From Eledone cirrhosa (taxonomy: Eukaryota), in the NCBI GenBank assembly GCA_964016885.1, contig OZ024745.1:76880001-76944000 (forward strand): a stretch of DNA of 64,000 nucleotides, written 5' to 3'. The notes under the pieces are model-generated. The model had not been told where the DNA came from, searched no databases, and saw only the letters and a program-made list of their open reading frames with translations. Shown here piece after piece: positions 1-13,380 of this stretch; positions within the stretch are counted from its first letter, which is position 1, and each line of letters starts with the position of its first letter. A program made the translations under genes and the position numbers.

Positions 1-616
1 TTACTGGTACTTTATTTTATCGACCTCCGTAAGGATGAAAGGCAAAGTTAACCTCGGCGGGATTTGAACTCAGAATGGAAAGGGCCGTAACTCTATGCGT
101 CAAAGCATGGCGTCCGACCCTCTACCGATACTACCAATCCACCGCCCTTCAAGTTATCAATAATAATGATTTCTAGTATAGGCACAAGGCCAGTAATTTG
201 GGAGGAGGTGAAAGTAGATTAAATCGACCCAGTACATTACTGGTGCTTTATTTTATCGACCCCGTAAGGATGAAAGGCTAAATTAACTTCGGCGGGATTT
301 GAACTCAGACCGTAAAGAGCCATAACTCTATGCTACAAGGCATGGTGTCCGACTCACTGCCGATACTGCCAATCCACCGCCCTTAAAGTTATCAATAATA
401 ATACTTTTGGCACAAGGCCAACAAATACCCAGTGCATTACTGGTACTTTATTTTATCGACCCCGTAAGGATGAAAGGCAATGTTAACCTCGGCGGGATCA
501 ATAATAATTGTTTCTGCTTTTGGCACAAGGCCAGCAATTATCCTAGTGTATTACTGGTACTTTATTTTATCGATCCCGTAAGGATGAAAGGCAAAGTTGA
601 CCTGGGCGGGATTTGA
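1..616 (-). mobile_element. Cluster of four tandem copies/fragments of a tRNA-derived Nin/Deu-domain SINE
   Basis: Minus strand has A box TGGCAGTATCGG, B box GAGTTCAAATC, core GCCTTTCATCCTTACGGGGTCGATAAAATAAAGTACCAG and tail GGCCTTGTGCC..AGAAA(T/C)..ATTATT. AAGTTATCAATAATAAT is repeated at 151-167 and 386-402. Confidence 0.9.
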
Positions 617-955
617 AAATGTCAGCAAAAAATATAGGGTCTTATTGGGATTTCTTGTACTTATCTAGTATTATGTTTCAAAACAAACTTACCAGCAGCA
701 CCACCAACAGCACAAGTAACACCACCACTACCCCTAGCTAAATTCATGGAAGAAATGAAAGAACTATCATTATTCCTCATGCAAACATTCTTCTTTATCG
801 AAGAATTCGCAGGCAATTCTGATTATAGCAGAGTTATTTCCCTCGTATTAAATTTTATATTATGTTAACGGTATAAAATAATTCGAAGTGAAAAAAATTT
901 CAATGCAAAAACGTTTTAAAAGAATACTTTTCAAATTTTAGTTATATTTAACAAA

Positions 956-956
<1 letters not shown>

Positions 957-1020
<64 letters not shown>

Positions 1021-1037
1021 ATATATATATATATATA
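957..1037. repeat. (TA)n microsatellite
   Basis: Direct reading. Confidence 0.98.
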
Positions 1038-1485
1038 TTTATTTTATGAAGGTGTATAAAAATATAATAATATAATTTGAGAAAATATTTCACAAAGAAT
1101 CCTTGATTATTATCTTATAAAGATACGAAAACAAATAATAATACATATCTGAAAGTTGATCGACATTATTTATCATACAATATTAATGATGAGTGACATA
1201 AAATTGCTTAAACATATATGTTTAACTGACACTCGCTAGGCTGATGCACACGCAACAGCTGTATATGTACTTCTGATAGCTGCTGTGTACCCAGCCAGTG
1301 ACGTTTTATACAGCCGACGACAGATGACTCGGTCACGTGAAATGTAAATATACGTGATATTGATGTGTAAAAGAAAAGACCGAGATTTTTACCGAAAAGA
1401 AAGTAATATTTTATTGAGAATTGGTTTTATATTTCATTTTGTCTTAATATTATTTTATGTCGATTCTGCTAGAATTAAATATGTA

Positions 1486-1570
<85 letters not shown>

Positions 1571-1790
1571 ACACACAGGTACATACATACATAAATGCTT
1601 GCATGTATATATACATACACACATGCATACATTCCTACATATATACATACATACACATACATATATGCTTGCATACATACATGCATACACACATACATAC
1701 ATGCTTGCATGTATATACATACATACGTACATACATACATGCATACACGCATGTATGCATACATACATACATACATATATACATACACAT
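1486..1790. repeat. (CA)n followed by degenerate (CATA)n microsatellite
   Basis: Direct reading; explains the His/Thr/Tyr-rich ORFs. Confidence 0.95.
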
Positions 1791-1920
1791 GTTTAATCTC
1801 ACACCACGTTTACCTCTCCATCACCTGTTTCACTTTAATGAATGTTTAAAAAAATTGGCATTCTTTGTTGACTTATGAATTCCGTCTTAGATTAGATGGT
1901 GATTCTGATATTATGTTTCA

Positions 1921-4900
1921 TACGTCTGTCGAAAAAGTATCCAACTTTTTTTTTTTTTTTTCGTGAGATGTAATGACGTTAGGTAGACAAATATGAGAAG
2001 AGTAGAGTCGCATACATCCGTGCGCATGCGTGGCTTTTCGCGAGCACACTGCATGTGTCAGTTGCTGTCAAGAAAACAACGTGTAACGTGCTGTACTATT
2101 TTCTAGATGTATTCATATTTGGCCCGAAACTATCAACAAAGATCTCGAGTTCCTGAATATTGTAATAACTGGAAATGAGACATAGGTGTTCAAGTATGTC
2201 TCGTAACCTAAAGCTCAGTCATCAGTGGAAGCATTCTATGACCCCCATAAAAGCACATGTGGCGCAGAGCAAAATCAAGGCAATGCTGACTATTTTCTTC
2301 GATTACCAAAACTTTGTCTATCATGAAAACGCACTAGATAGACAAAGAGTAACAACGGAGTAATATCGGGAATTTCTGCAACATCTTCGTGATACAGTTC
2401 GGCAAGAGACCGGATCTGTGCAGCCTGGCAGCTGCATCATGATCACACCCGACTCATTCGTTGCAGCTGTTCCAAAGTTTCTTTGCAAAGAAAGGCATTT
2501 CTCTCATTCGCCAGGTCCCTACTCCTCAGACAGACATTTCTCTCATTCGCCAGGTCCCTACTCCTCAGACAGGCATTTCTCTCATTCGCCAGGTCCCTAC
2601 TCCTCAGACAGACATTTCTCTCATTCGCCAGGTCCCTACTCCTCAGACAGACATTTCTCTCATTCGCCAGGTCCCTACTCCTCAGACAGACATTTCTCTC
2701 ATTCGCCAGGTCCCTACTCCTCAGACAGGCATTTCTCTCATTCGCCAGGTCCCTACTCCTCAGACAGACATTTCTCTCATTCACCAAGTCCCTACTCCTC
2801 AGACAGACATTTCTCTCATTCGCCAGGTCCCTACTCCTCAGACAGGCATTTCTCTCATTCGCCAGGTCCCTACTCCTCAGACAGGCATTTCTCTCATTCG
2901 CCAGGTCCCTACTCCTCAGACAGACATTTCTCTCATTCGCCAGGTCCCTACTCCTCAGACAGACATTTCTCTCATTCGCCAGGTCCCTACTCCTCAGACA
3001 GACATTTCTCTCATTCGCCAGGTCCCTACTCCTCAGACAGACATTTCTCTCATTCGCCAGGTCCCTACTCCTCAGACAGGCATTTCTCTCATTCGCCAGG
3101 TCCCTACTCCTCAGACAGACATTTCTCTCATTCACCAAGTCCCTACTCCTCAGACAGACATTTCTCTCATTCGCCAGGTCCCTACTCCTCAGACAGGCAT
3201 TTCTCTCATTCGCCAGGTCCCTACTCCTCAGACAGACATTTCTCTCATTCGCCAGGTCCCTACTCCTCAGACAGACATTTCTCTCATTCGCCAGGTCCCT
3301 ACTCCTCAGACAGACATTTCTCTCATTCGCCAGGTCCCTACTCCTCAGACAGGCATTTCTCTCATTCGCCAGGTCCCTACTCCTCAGACAGACATTTCTC
3401 TCATTCACCAAGTCCCTACTCCTCAGACAGACATTTCTCTCATTCGCCAGGTCCCTACTCCTCAGACAGGCATTTCTCTCATTCGCCAGGTCCCTACTCC
3501 TCAGACAGGCATTTCTCTCATTCGCCAGGTCCCTACTCCTCAGACAGACATTTCTCTCATTCACCAAGTCCCTACTCCTCAGACAGACATTTCTCTCATT
3601 CGCCAGGTCCCTACTCCTCAGACAGGCATTTCTCTCATTCGCCAGGTCCCTACTCCTCAGACAGGCATTTCTCTCATTCGCCAGGTCCCTACTCCTCAGA
3701 CAGACATTTCTCTCATTCGCCAGGTCCCTACTCCTCAGACAGACATTTCTCTCATTCGCCAGGTCCCTACTCCTCAGACAGACATTTCTCTCATTCGCCA
3801 GGTCCCTACTCCTCAGACAGACATTTCTCTCATTCGCCAGGTCCCTACTCCTCAGACAGACATTTCTCTCATTCGCCAGGTCCCTACTCCTCAGACAGAC
3901 ATTTCTCTCATTCGCCAGGTCCCTACTCCTCAGACAGGCATTTCTCTCATTCGCCAGGTCCCTACTCCTCAGACAGGCATTTCTCTCATTCGCCAGGTCC
4001 CTACTCCTCAGACAGACATTTCTCTCATTCGCCAGGTCCCTACTCCTCAGACAGACATTTCTCTCATTCGCCAGGTCCCTACTCCTCAGACAGACATTTC
4101 TCTCATTCGCCAGGTCCCTACTCCTCAGACAGGCATTTCTCTCATTCGCCAGGTCCCTACTCCTCAGACAGACATTTCTCTCATTCACCAAGTCCCTACT
4201 CCTCAGACAGACATTTCTCTCATTCGCCAGGTCCCTACTCCTCAGACAGGCATTTCTCTCATTCGCCAGGTCCCTACTCCTCAGACAGACATTTCTCTCA
4301 TTCGCCAGGTCCCTACTCCTCAGACAGACATTTCTCTCATTCGCCAGGTCCCTACTCCTCAGACAGACATTTCTCTCATTCGCCAGGTCCCTACTCCTCA
4401 GACAGGCATTTCTCTCATTCGCCAGGTCCCTACTCCTCAGACAGACATTTCTCTCATTCACCAAGTCCCTACTCCTCAGACAGACATTTCTCTCATTCGC
4501 CAGGTCCCTACTCCTCAGACAGGCATTTCTCTCATTCGCCAGGTCCCTACTCCTCAGACAGGCATTTCTCTCATTCGCCAGGTCCCTACTCCTCAGACAG
4601 ACATTTCTCTCATTCACCAAGTCCCTACTCCTCAGACAGACATTTCTCTCATTCGCCAGGTCCCTACTCCTCAGACAGGCATTTCTCTCATTCGCCAGGT
4701 CCCTACTCCTCAGACAGGCATTTCTCTCATTCGCCAGGTCCCTACTCCTCAGACAGACATTTCTCTCATTCGCCAGGTCCCTACTCCTCAGACAGACATT
4801 TCTCTCATTCGCCAGGTCCCTACTCCTCAGACAGACATTTCTCTCATTCGCCAGGTCCCTACTCCTCAGACAGACATTTCTCTCATTCGCCAGGTCCCTA

Positions 4901-7900
4901 CTCCTCAGACAGACATTTCTCTCATTCGCCAGGTCCCTACTCCTCAGACAGGCATTTCTCTCATTCGCCAGGTCCCTACTCCTCAGACAGACATTTCTCT
5001 CATTCACCAAGTCCCTACTCCTCAGACAGACATTTCTCTCATTCGCCAGGTCCCTACTCCTCAGACAGGCATTTCTCTCATTCGCCAGGTCCCTACTCCT
5101 CAGACAGGCATTTCTCTCATTCGCCAGGTCCCTACTCCTCAGACAGACATTTCTCTCATTCACCAAGTCCCTACTCCTCAGACAGACATTTCTCTCATTC
5201 GCCAGGTCCCTACTCCTCAGACAGGCATTTCTCTCATTCGCCAGGTCCCTACTCCTCAGACAGGCATTTCTCTCATTCGCCAGGTCCCTACTCCTCAGAC
5301 AGACATTTCTCTCATTCGCCAGGTCCCTACTCCTCAGACAGACATTTCTCTCATTCGCCAGGTCCCTACTCCTCAGACAGACATTTCTCTCATTCGCCAG
5401 GTCCCTACTCCTCAGACAGACATTTCTCTCATTCGCCAGGTCCCTACTCCTCAGACAGACATTTCTCTCATTCGCCAGGTCCCTACTCCTCAGACAGACA
5501 TTTTTCTCATTCGCCAGGTTCCTACTCCTCAGACAGACATTTCTCTCATTCGCCAGGTCCCTACTCCTCAGACAGGCATTTCTCTCATTCGCCAGGTCCC
5601 TACTCCTCAGACAGACATTTCTCTCATTCGCCAGGTCCCTACTCCTCAGACAGACATTTCTCTCATTCGCCAGGTCCCTACTCCTCAGACAGACATTTCT
5701 CTCATTCGCCAGGTTCCTACTCCTCAGACAGACATTTCTCTCATTCGCCAGGTCCCTACTCCTCAGACAGGCATTTCTCTCATTCGCCAGGTCCCTACTC
5801 CTCAGACAGACATTTCTCTCATTCGCCAGGTCCCTACTCCTCAGACAGGCATTTCTCTCATTCGCCAGGTCCCTACTCCTCAGACAGACATTTCTCTCAT
5901 TCGCCAGGTCCCTACTCCTCAGACAGACATTTCTCTCATTCTCCAGGTCCCTACTCCTCAGACAGGCATTTCTCTCATTCGCCAGGTCCCTACTCCTCAG
6001 ACAGACATTTCTCTCATTCGCCAGGTCCCTACTCCTCAGACAGGCATTTCTCTCATTCGCCAGGTCCCTACTCCTCAGACAGGCATTTCTCTCATTCGCC
6101 AGGTCCCTACTCCTCAGACAGACATTTCTCTCATTCGCCAGGTCCCTACTCCTCAGACAGGCATTTCTCTCATTCGCCAGGTCCCTACTCCTCAGACAGG
6201 CATTTCTCTCATTCGCCAGGTCCCTACTCCTCAGACAGGCATTTCTCTCATTCGCCAGGTCCCTACTCCTCAGACAGACATTTCTCTCATTCGCCAGGTC
6301 CCTACTCCTCAGACAGACATTTCTCTCATTCGCCAGGTCCCTACTCCTCAGACAGACATTTCTCTCATTCGCCAGGTCCCTACTCCTCAGACAGACATTT
6401 CTCTCATTCGCCAGGTCCCTACTCCTCAGACAGGCATTTCTCTCATTCGCCAGGTCCCTACTCCTCAGACAGACATTTCTCTCATTCGCCAGGTCCCTAC
6501 TCCTCAGACAGACATTTCTCTCATTCGCCAGGTCCCTACTCCTCAGACAGGCATTTCTCTCATTCGCCAGGTCCCTACTCCTCAGACAGACATTTCTCTC
6601 ATTCGCCAGGTCCCTACTCCTCAGACAGGCATTTCTCTCATTCGCCAGGTCCCTACTCCTCAGACAGACATTTCTCTCATTCGCCAGGTCCCTACTCCTC
6701 AGACAGGCATTTCTCTCATTCGCCAGGTCCCTACTCCTCAGACAGGCATTTCTCTCATTCGCCAGGTCCCTACTCCTCAGACAGACATTTCTCTCATTCG
6801 CCAGGTCCCTACTCCTCAGACAGACATTTCTCTCATTCGCCAGGTCCCTACTCCTCAGACAGGCATTTCTCTCATTCGCCAGGTCCCTACTCCTCAGACA
6901 GGCATTTCTCTCATTCGCCAGGTCCCTACTCCTCAGACAGGCATTTCTCTCATTCGCCAGGTCCCTACTCCTCAGACAGACATTTCTCTCATTCGCCAGG
7001 TCCCTACTCCTCAGACAGGCATTTCTCTCATTCGCCAGGTCCCTACTCCTCAGACAGACATTTCTCTCATTCGCCAGGTCCCTACTCCTCAGACAGACAT
7101 TTCTCTCATTCGCCAGGTCCCTACTCCTCAGACAGGCATTTCTCTCATTCGCCAGGTCCCTACTCCTCAGACAGACATTTCTCTCATTCGCCAGGTCCCT
7201 ACTCCTCAGACAGACATTTCTCTCATTCGCCAGGTCCCTACTCCTCAGACAGGCATTTCTCTCATTCGCCAGGTCCCTACTCCTCAGACAGACATTTCTC
7301 TCATTCGCCAGGTCCCTACTCCTCAGACAGACATTTCTCTCATTCGCCAGGTCCCTACTCCTCAGACAGGCATTTCTCTCATTCGCCAGGTCCCTACTCC
7401 TCAGACAGGCATTTCTCTCATTCGCCAGGTCCCTACTCCTCAGACAGACATTTCTCTCATTCGCCAGGTCCCTACTCCTCAGACAGACATTTCTCTCATT
7501 CGCCAGGTCCCTACTCCTCAGACAGACATTTCTCTCATTCGCCAGGTCCCTACTCCTCAGACAGACATTTCTCTCATTCGCCAGGTCCCTACTCCTCAGA
7601 CAGACATTTCTCTCATTCGCCAGGTCCCTACTCCTCAGACAGACATTTCTCTCATTCGCCAGGTCCCTACTCCTCACACAGACATTTCTCTCATTCGCCA
7701 GGTCCCTACTCCTCAGACAGACATTTCTCTCATTCGCCAGGTCCCTACTCCTCAGACAGACATTTCTCTCATTCGCCAGGTCCCTACTCCTCACACAGAC
7801 ATTTCTCTCATTCGCCAGGTCCCTACTCCTCAGACAGACATTTCTCTCATTCACCAAGTCCCTACTCCTCAGACAGACATTTCTCTCATTCGCCAGGTCC

Positions 7901-8625
7901 CTACTCCTCAGACAGACATTTCTCTCATTCGCCAGGTCCCTACTCCTCAGACAGACATTTCTCTCATTCGCCAGGTCCCTACTCCTCACACAGACATTTC
8001 TCTCATTCGCCAGGTCCCTACTCCTCACACAGACATTTCTCTCATTCGCCAGGTCCCTACTCCTCAGACAGACATTTCTCTCATTCGCCAGGTCACTACT
8101 CCTCAGACAGACATTTCTCTCATTCGCCAGGTCCCTACTCCTCACACAGACATTTCTCTCATTCGCCAGGTCCCTACTCCTCAGACAGACATTTCTCTCA
8201 TTCGCCAGGTCCCTACTCCTCAGACAGACATTTCTCTCATTCGCCAGGTCCCTACTCCTCAGACAGGCATTTCTCTCATTCGCCAGGTCCCTACTCCTCA
8301 CACAGACATTTCTCTCATTCGCCAGGTCCCTACTCCTCAGACAGACATTTCTCTCATTCGCCAGGTCCCTACTCCTCAGACAGACATTTCTCTCATTCGC
8401 CAGGTCCCTACTCCTCACACAGACATTTCTCTCATTCGCCAGGTCCCTACTCCTCACACAGACATTTCTCTCATTCGCCAGGTCCCTACTCCTCAGACAG
8501 ACATTTCTCTCATTCGCCAGGTCCCTACTCCTCAGACAGACATTTCTCTCATTCGCCAGGTCCCTACTCCTCAGACAGACATTTCTCTCATTCGCCAGGT
8601 CCCTACTCCTCAGACAGATCTCCTT
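1921..8625 (+). mobile_element. Decayed mariner (Tc1/mariner) transposon; transposase pseudogene interrupted by satellite expansion and truncated by a SINE
   Basis: TIR-like start TACGTCTGTCGAAAAAGTATCCAAC. Translated pieces IVITGNET (TGDETW), SKIKAMLTIFFDYQNFVYHE, HHDH (HHDN) and FAKKGISLIRQ..PYSSD (PYSPDLAP) occur in mariner order with stops and frameshifts. Confidence 0.85.
2493..8615. repeat. 39-bp tandem satellite, 157 copies, consensus AGRCATTTCTCTCATTCGCCAGGTCCCTACTCCTCAGAC
   Basis: 6123 bp = 157 x 39 with no indels; only a few recurrent substitutions. Confidence 0.98.
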
Positions 8626-8742
8626 GATGGAAAGCCAACTTAACTCTGGCGGCATTTGAACTCAGAATGTAAAGAGCCGTAACAGAATGCCGCAAATTAT
8701 TTTGTTCGATGTTCTCACGATTCTGCCGATCTTGCACCTTAG
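8626..8742 (-). mobile_element. Diverged 5' part of the Nin/Deu SINE
   Basis: GGCGGCATTTGAACTCAGAATGTAAAGAGCCGTAAC matches the SINE head and B box. Confidence 0.75.
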
Positions 8743-10019
8743 GTATATACTGCTATAATGAAAAACATTAGTTAAAATCAATGTTTCCATAGCATTATAT
8801 GATAATGATTCCATTTTATTTGCCTTGGCCAGGAATGTATAAAATTATTTCTAATACAATCGACATTCTAAAAAGTTCGACGATCCATGGTATAAACATT
8901 TCTGCTTCTACAAATATTTCATTTATTTTACAAATATTTCATTTGTTTCACATACAATCATTGCCATTTATTCTCCAGTTGATACATACCATACTATTGC
9001 TTTATAGAGCGCAGTATCATATCTCGATTCGATATTTATAAAAATTCATAGGAATGCAAAAGATTTTAATACATAAGCACTAATTTTGGACTGAATTAAT
9101 GATTATTCATATCATTTGTGTTATAATTAATTAAATGTATTGGATATTCGCTATTTATTCACACATTGTGAAAACTTGACTATGAAATACGTGAGAATAA
9201 ATTCTCACTCATTTTATAAGTAAGTTAATTCTGTATAAGAAAGATTGATCATGCTTAAACATTATAAGACTGTGTGGTGAACTAACGTTCACCACACAGT
9301 CTTATAATTTAACTTGAATATCAACTTCTTTTCTTTGTATGAGAAATAAATCATTTCATCAATAATATTAACCACTAGAAAATGATTTCCTAATGTTTAT
9401 CTAACTGGATTATGTTCATCTTCTTAAACTTTATAATCTGAGATTAAAAAGAAAAACCTTATTCTTGGACGAATATTGAATAAAGTTAGTAACAAATCAG
9501 ATCTAGAATGAAGATAATTTGCTACTTTTAAAACAACAGGATTAGCTTCACGATTCCAAAATAAATATTCAATTACTGTTGGTAACCACGGATAGACTGT
9601 AAAGTTGCTATATCTTATTCTACAATTTGTATTATTATTGAATATATTTGGGATTTATAGAATTGAATATATAAATATCATTGACTTGATCTACTGGGTA
9701 CAGATATATTTTGTTGAGCGACTGTTTCAACATAGATCAAGCATTTTTAAATGTCTTCTATTCTCCACCAAATAATAAATCATCCTTCTAGGAATATCCC
9801 AACATATCTCTCATAAACCCCCCTATGTTGTTCGTTCTCATTTGGGCTGAATTAGTGAAGGAATCGATCATTGCTGATAACACATAGAAGAAATCCAAAC
9901 ACACCAGGATACATCCCTTATATAACCAAATGATCAGCTATTTACATCTGCAACTCAGAAGCAGTAGAGGAATAAAAGTAAAGAAAATAAATAAATACTA
10001 CCTACAATAGCTCGACATC

Positions 10020-10288
10020 GTGGAGGCGCTTGACCTAGTGGTAAGAGAGTTGGAATTAGGTGGGTTCAATTCCTGGGCTGGGTTGCGTGTTGTGTTATTG
10101 AGCAAAACACTTCATTTCACGTTGCTCCAGTATACTCAACTGAAAATGTGTACCAGCAATAGCTGGGGTTTAACTCTGCAATGGACTGGTATCCTGTCCA
10201 AAGAGAAGTCTTGTACTCTCAGTCGCTTCTCGCCATGAGACCAGGATAAGCACCTGCCTAACGAGCCTTCTGGCTTAAGACAGACTTT
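10020..10288 (+). mobile_element. tRNA-derived SINE of a second family (Meta/V-domain-like)
   Basis: A box TGACCTAGTGG, B box GGTTCAATTCC, core TTGAGCAAAACACTTCATTTCAC and GCAATGGACTGGTATCCTGTCCA; a homologous inverted copy lies at about 39735-40015. Confidence 0.8.
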
Positions 10289-11667
10289 GGACAATAGCTG
10301 GAGGAAGATCCCAATCCTCGTTAACGAGAACTGGATATTGATCCTCAACCAGCCACTTAACGGACGCTCTTTAAAATAGCATCATTGTATAATGTCTCTG
10401 ATATACAAAAAGTCAGGTTATTCCATCATATATATTCGATAACAATAATTTAACAAATACTTCAATATTTCTCATTTTACCGTAATCTATCATAATACAT
10501 TTATTTCCCAAAAGGAAATTCGGTGAAAGCAATTTTGTTCCCCTTGGCATCATAAAGTCCTCAAACATGTCTAAATGAGAATCTTATAGCTGTATTTCTC
10601 CCCCGTGGATTCCATATATTTCATCTCTTGAATGATAAAGCTCTTTCTGACCTGCATTCTATGATTACGGCTTATCTTACGGTTTTTCGCAGTTTTCCTT
10701 CCTTATATAAATGATCGCTTTACTGTGCCTTCTCTTATTTTACACACACATGCTCTTATTTTTCATTTCTCAACTTTCTGCACTGAGACGTCATCCATAC
10801 GCAACCTAAAAATCACGCAGCTTCCAGTAAGTAGGATCACGAAAGCATCCGCCGATGTAAATATAACAACCTAGTTTCCTTTGACAGCACAATAATATAA
10901 ACACTAAAGAAATACCAAAGTAGGTGCTCAGTTTTTCCTCTTCTCTATTTGGTGTCCGCAGAAAGGTATCCTTTTTGAGTGATCGTTGGTAAATTGTCAA
11001 AGGGAACAAAAAGAAAAGTGTTCGACAAACAATTGTATACCAAATGGGCTAAGAAATAATTAAATAAAATCCATCTTGCTTAGTAAACAAGTTTACATGA
11101 CACGACACGGAACTAAAAATAGTTATAAAATTTCTTGATAAATAAACAATATATAATCCAATTCCCGAGGCACTAAACCACAGAGCATGTGGATTGGCTT
11201 AACATGGACATTCTGATGAAAGAAAGTTATTCCTTTCACAAACACCGAAAGAACAGACGCTCCAGCCTACATACTATTTCAGTCTCCAACTAATAGATGA
11301 ACAAGAATGATCCTAATAATATTTTTCGACTTTGAAAGCAATGTATTGAGTGACTACAAGCCTTAAGGCTTTGACTGCTGGTTTCTCGACTTGGAATCTA
11401 GGCTTCAAAGCATACTGGCAACTGAAAATAACATAGCGACAGAAAAAGTGGAGAAAATGAAATACACGCAGATATGAGTCTGGAAAGTCAGTAATTGCCA
11501 CAGCTGAGATTAATGTGAATAGAAGTAAACAATTGCTCACTTCTGTTGATTTAAAAGCTGGTATAGAATCTCTCTAACGCCTGTCTAAAACCAAAGCTTA
11601 CCTACGAGAAACTATTTAAAAAATATAACTAGTCAATAGCAGACAGCAAATGTAGATATACAATAAT

Positions 11668-11842
11668 TGTTTCTACTATTAGCACAAGGCCAGCAATTAT
11701 CCAGTACATTACTGGTACTTTATTTTATCGACCCCGTAAGGATGAAAGGCAAAGTTAACCTCGGCGGGATTTGAACTCAGAATGGCAAGGGCCGTAACTC
11801 TATGCGTCAAAGCATGGCGTCCGACCCTCTACCGATACTGCC
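11668..11842 (-). mobile_element. Nin/Deu SINE with 19-bp TSD
   Basis: TSD AATGTAGATATACAATAAT at 11649-11667 and 11843-11861. Confidence 0.95.
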
Positions 11843-11926
11843 AATGTAGATATACAATAATAACCACTAAATCACATTGACCTATCGTGTCTCAGCAATG
11901 TAAGCTACTGGGTTAATAAAAATAAT

Positions 11927-12111
11927 TGTTTCTACTTTAGGCACAAGGCCAGCAAATTACCCAGTACATTACTGGTACTTTATTTTATCGACCCCGTAAG
12001 GATGAAAGGCAAAGTTAACCTCGGCGGGATTTGAACTCAGACTGTAAAGGGACGTAACTATGCTAGAAAGCATGGCGTCCAACCCTCTACCGATACTGCC
12101 AATTCACCGCC
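11927..12111 (-). mobile_element. Full-length Nin/Deu SINE with 19-bp TSD
   Basis: TSD CTGGGTTAATAAAAATAAT at 11908-11926 and 12112-12130; A and B boxes present. Confidence 0.95.
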
Positions 12112-13380
12112 CTGGGTTAATAAAAATAATAAATGGTACAAAGATCTGGCAATGAGAATTACTACTTCACAATACGCTGAAATATGCCCATAGAAACTAA
12201 TAGGAAAATCAAGTGAAAACACACATTCATTTTGTATTAAAGATGGCTGATGAAAGAATGTATTTTCTAATGGATATATCAATTATTTCTATCTAGAACA
12301 TTGCAAAAGATAAAGATTTAGAATTGGGACATCAGAAATAGCTAAAACACAGAAAAAAAGCACAAATAAAATTTTACGCATTAAAGTTACACAACTTACA
12401 AAAGCATATTAGATATAACACACGTTCTAAGTAGAATCAACTTCTGAAACTGAATAGAGGAAACACATTTATACATATATACATAAATACAATATTGAAT
12501 GCAGAAGTGAGATACATGGTTTTGAGTGTAGTGTTACAGAATGAAAAGCATTTTAAAAGGCCAAAAATTTAATACATTAATGCATTGAGGTAAAAAATCG
12601 CTCTTAAAAAATGCAAAAAAGCAATTCATTCTGCAAGAACCTGAGAGTACTTTAAAAAGTCACTTGAAAGAACATGCTGGAACAAGAGCAATAGTTGAAA
12701 GCACAGCTTCTATCCGAACGATTCTTTAAGCTGCTTGGTGAACCTTATGTAGTTAAGGAAGCTTCCTATGCATGACCGTATAGCTTTAAAGGGAAACAAA
12801 AGGCTTATTGTTTGAAATACAAGGCAAGGCACTTAATACTCAATTGTATAACGATGGAAGATGGCTATCATGAGTTATGGCGAAATGTTCCACATTTCTA
12901 ACAAAAAACCAGTATCATTGTGGTTATTAAATGTTCGTATACGCATTACAACAGCGCAAGCTACTTTCAATGGTTAATTTACAAGGAACTCGGGCATGAA
13001 GCTTGTTCGAGCGTATTCCACTCACAGTCACAAACAGCGAATACAACAATCATGGGTGATATGGCGGTTGATTAACAAAATTGATTGTTCGTTGACTGAA
13101 ATAAATGTGGTATTTAATAATAATAATAATAATAATGTTTTCTTCATTAACCACAAGGGTTTACATAAAGTAGACATTAAGGACAGTACAGGACAATACA
13201 GGACGGTACAAATGGGCATTTCTGCGTGTAAAAAAAACAGAGGATGTAATAAAATAACAAAGAAAAATTCCCCAATAGGGGGGAGACTTCCGAGGGACAT
13301 TTGTGGAGAAAGCCCATTAAAAGACCACAGTGACCCTGACCACCAGGGCAAGTGCCCTCTCCCAGTTTTCCACCTTTAAT

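Larger units (their letters stand above)
11313..12470 (-). pseudogene. Probable decayed intronless rhodopsin-class (class A) GPCR, interrupted by two SINEs
   Basis: Minus strand reads LMRKILFVLFFCVLAISD (TM2 LAxxD), then ECVFSLDFPISFYGHISAYCEVVILIARSL (TM3 Cys and ER-like end). Later LLLFTLISAVAITDFP (TM6-like) and HFFCRYVIFS..PRF (TM7/H8-like). In-frame stops are present. Confidence 0.5.

Noticed and set aside
2493-8615. CRISPR-like array (repeat length 39 bp)
   Set aside because: No unique spacers and no cas genes; eukaryotic context.
2418-8659. Four overlapping ORFs of about 2060 aa
   Set aside because: They arise because the 39-bp unit is a multiple of 3 and has no stop codon on the + strand. 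There is no unique domain, and the parent transposase is dead.
8760-9900. Possible second decayed membrane-protein or GPCR segment on the minus strand (..AEMFIPWIVELFRMSIVLEIILY..)
   Set aside because: Only generic hydrophobicity with many stops; no diagnostic motif.
10020-10085. tRNA genes at A/B-box motifs, here and in the Nin SINE heads
   Set aside because: No cloverleaf; the boxes continue into SINE cores and tails.
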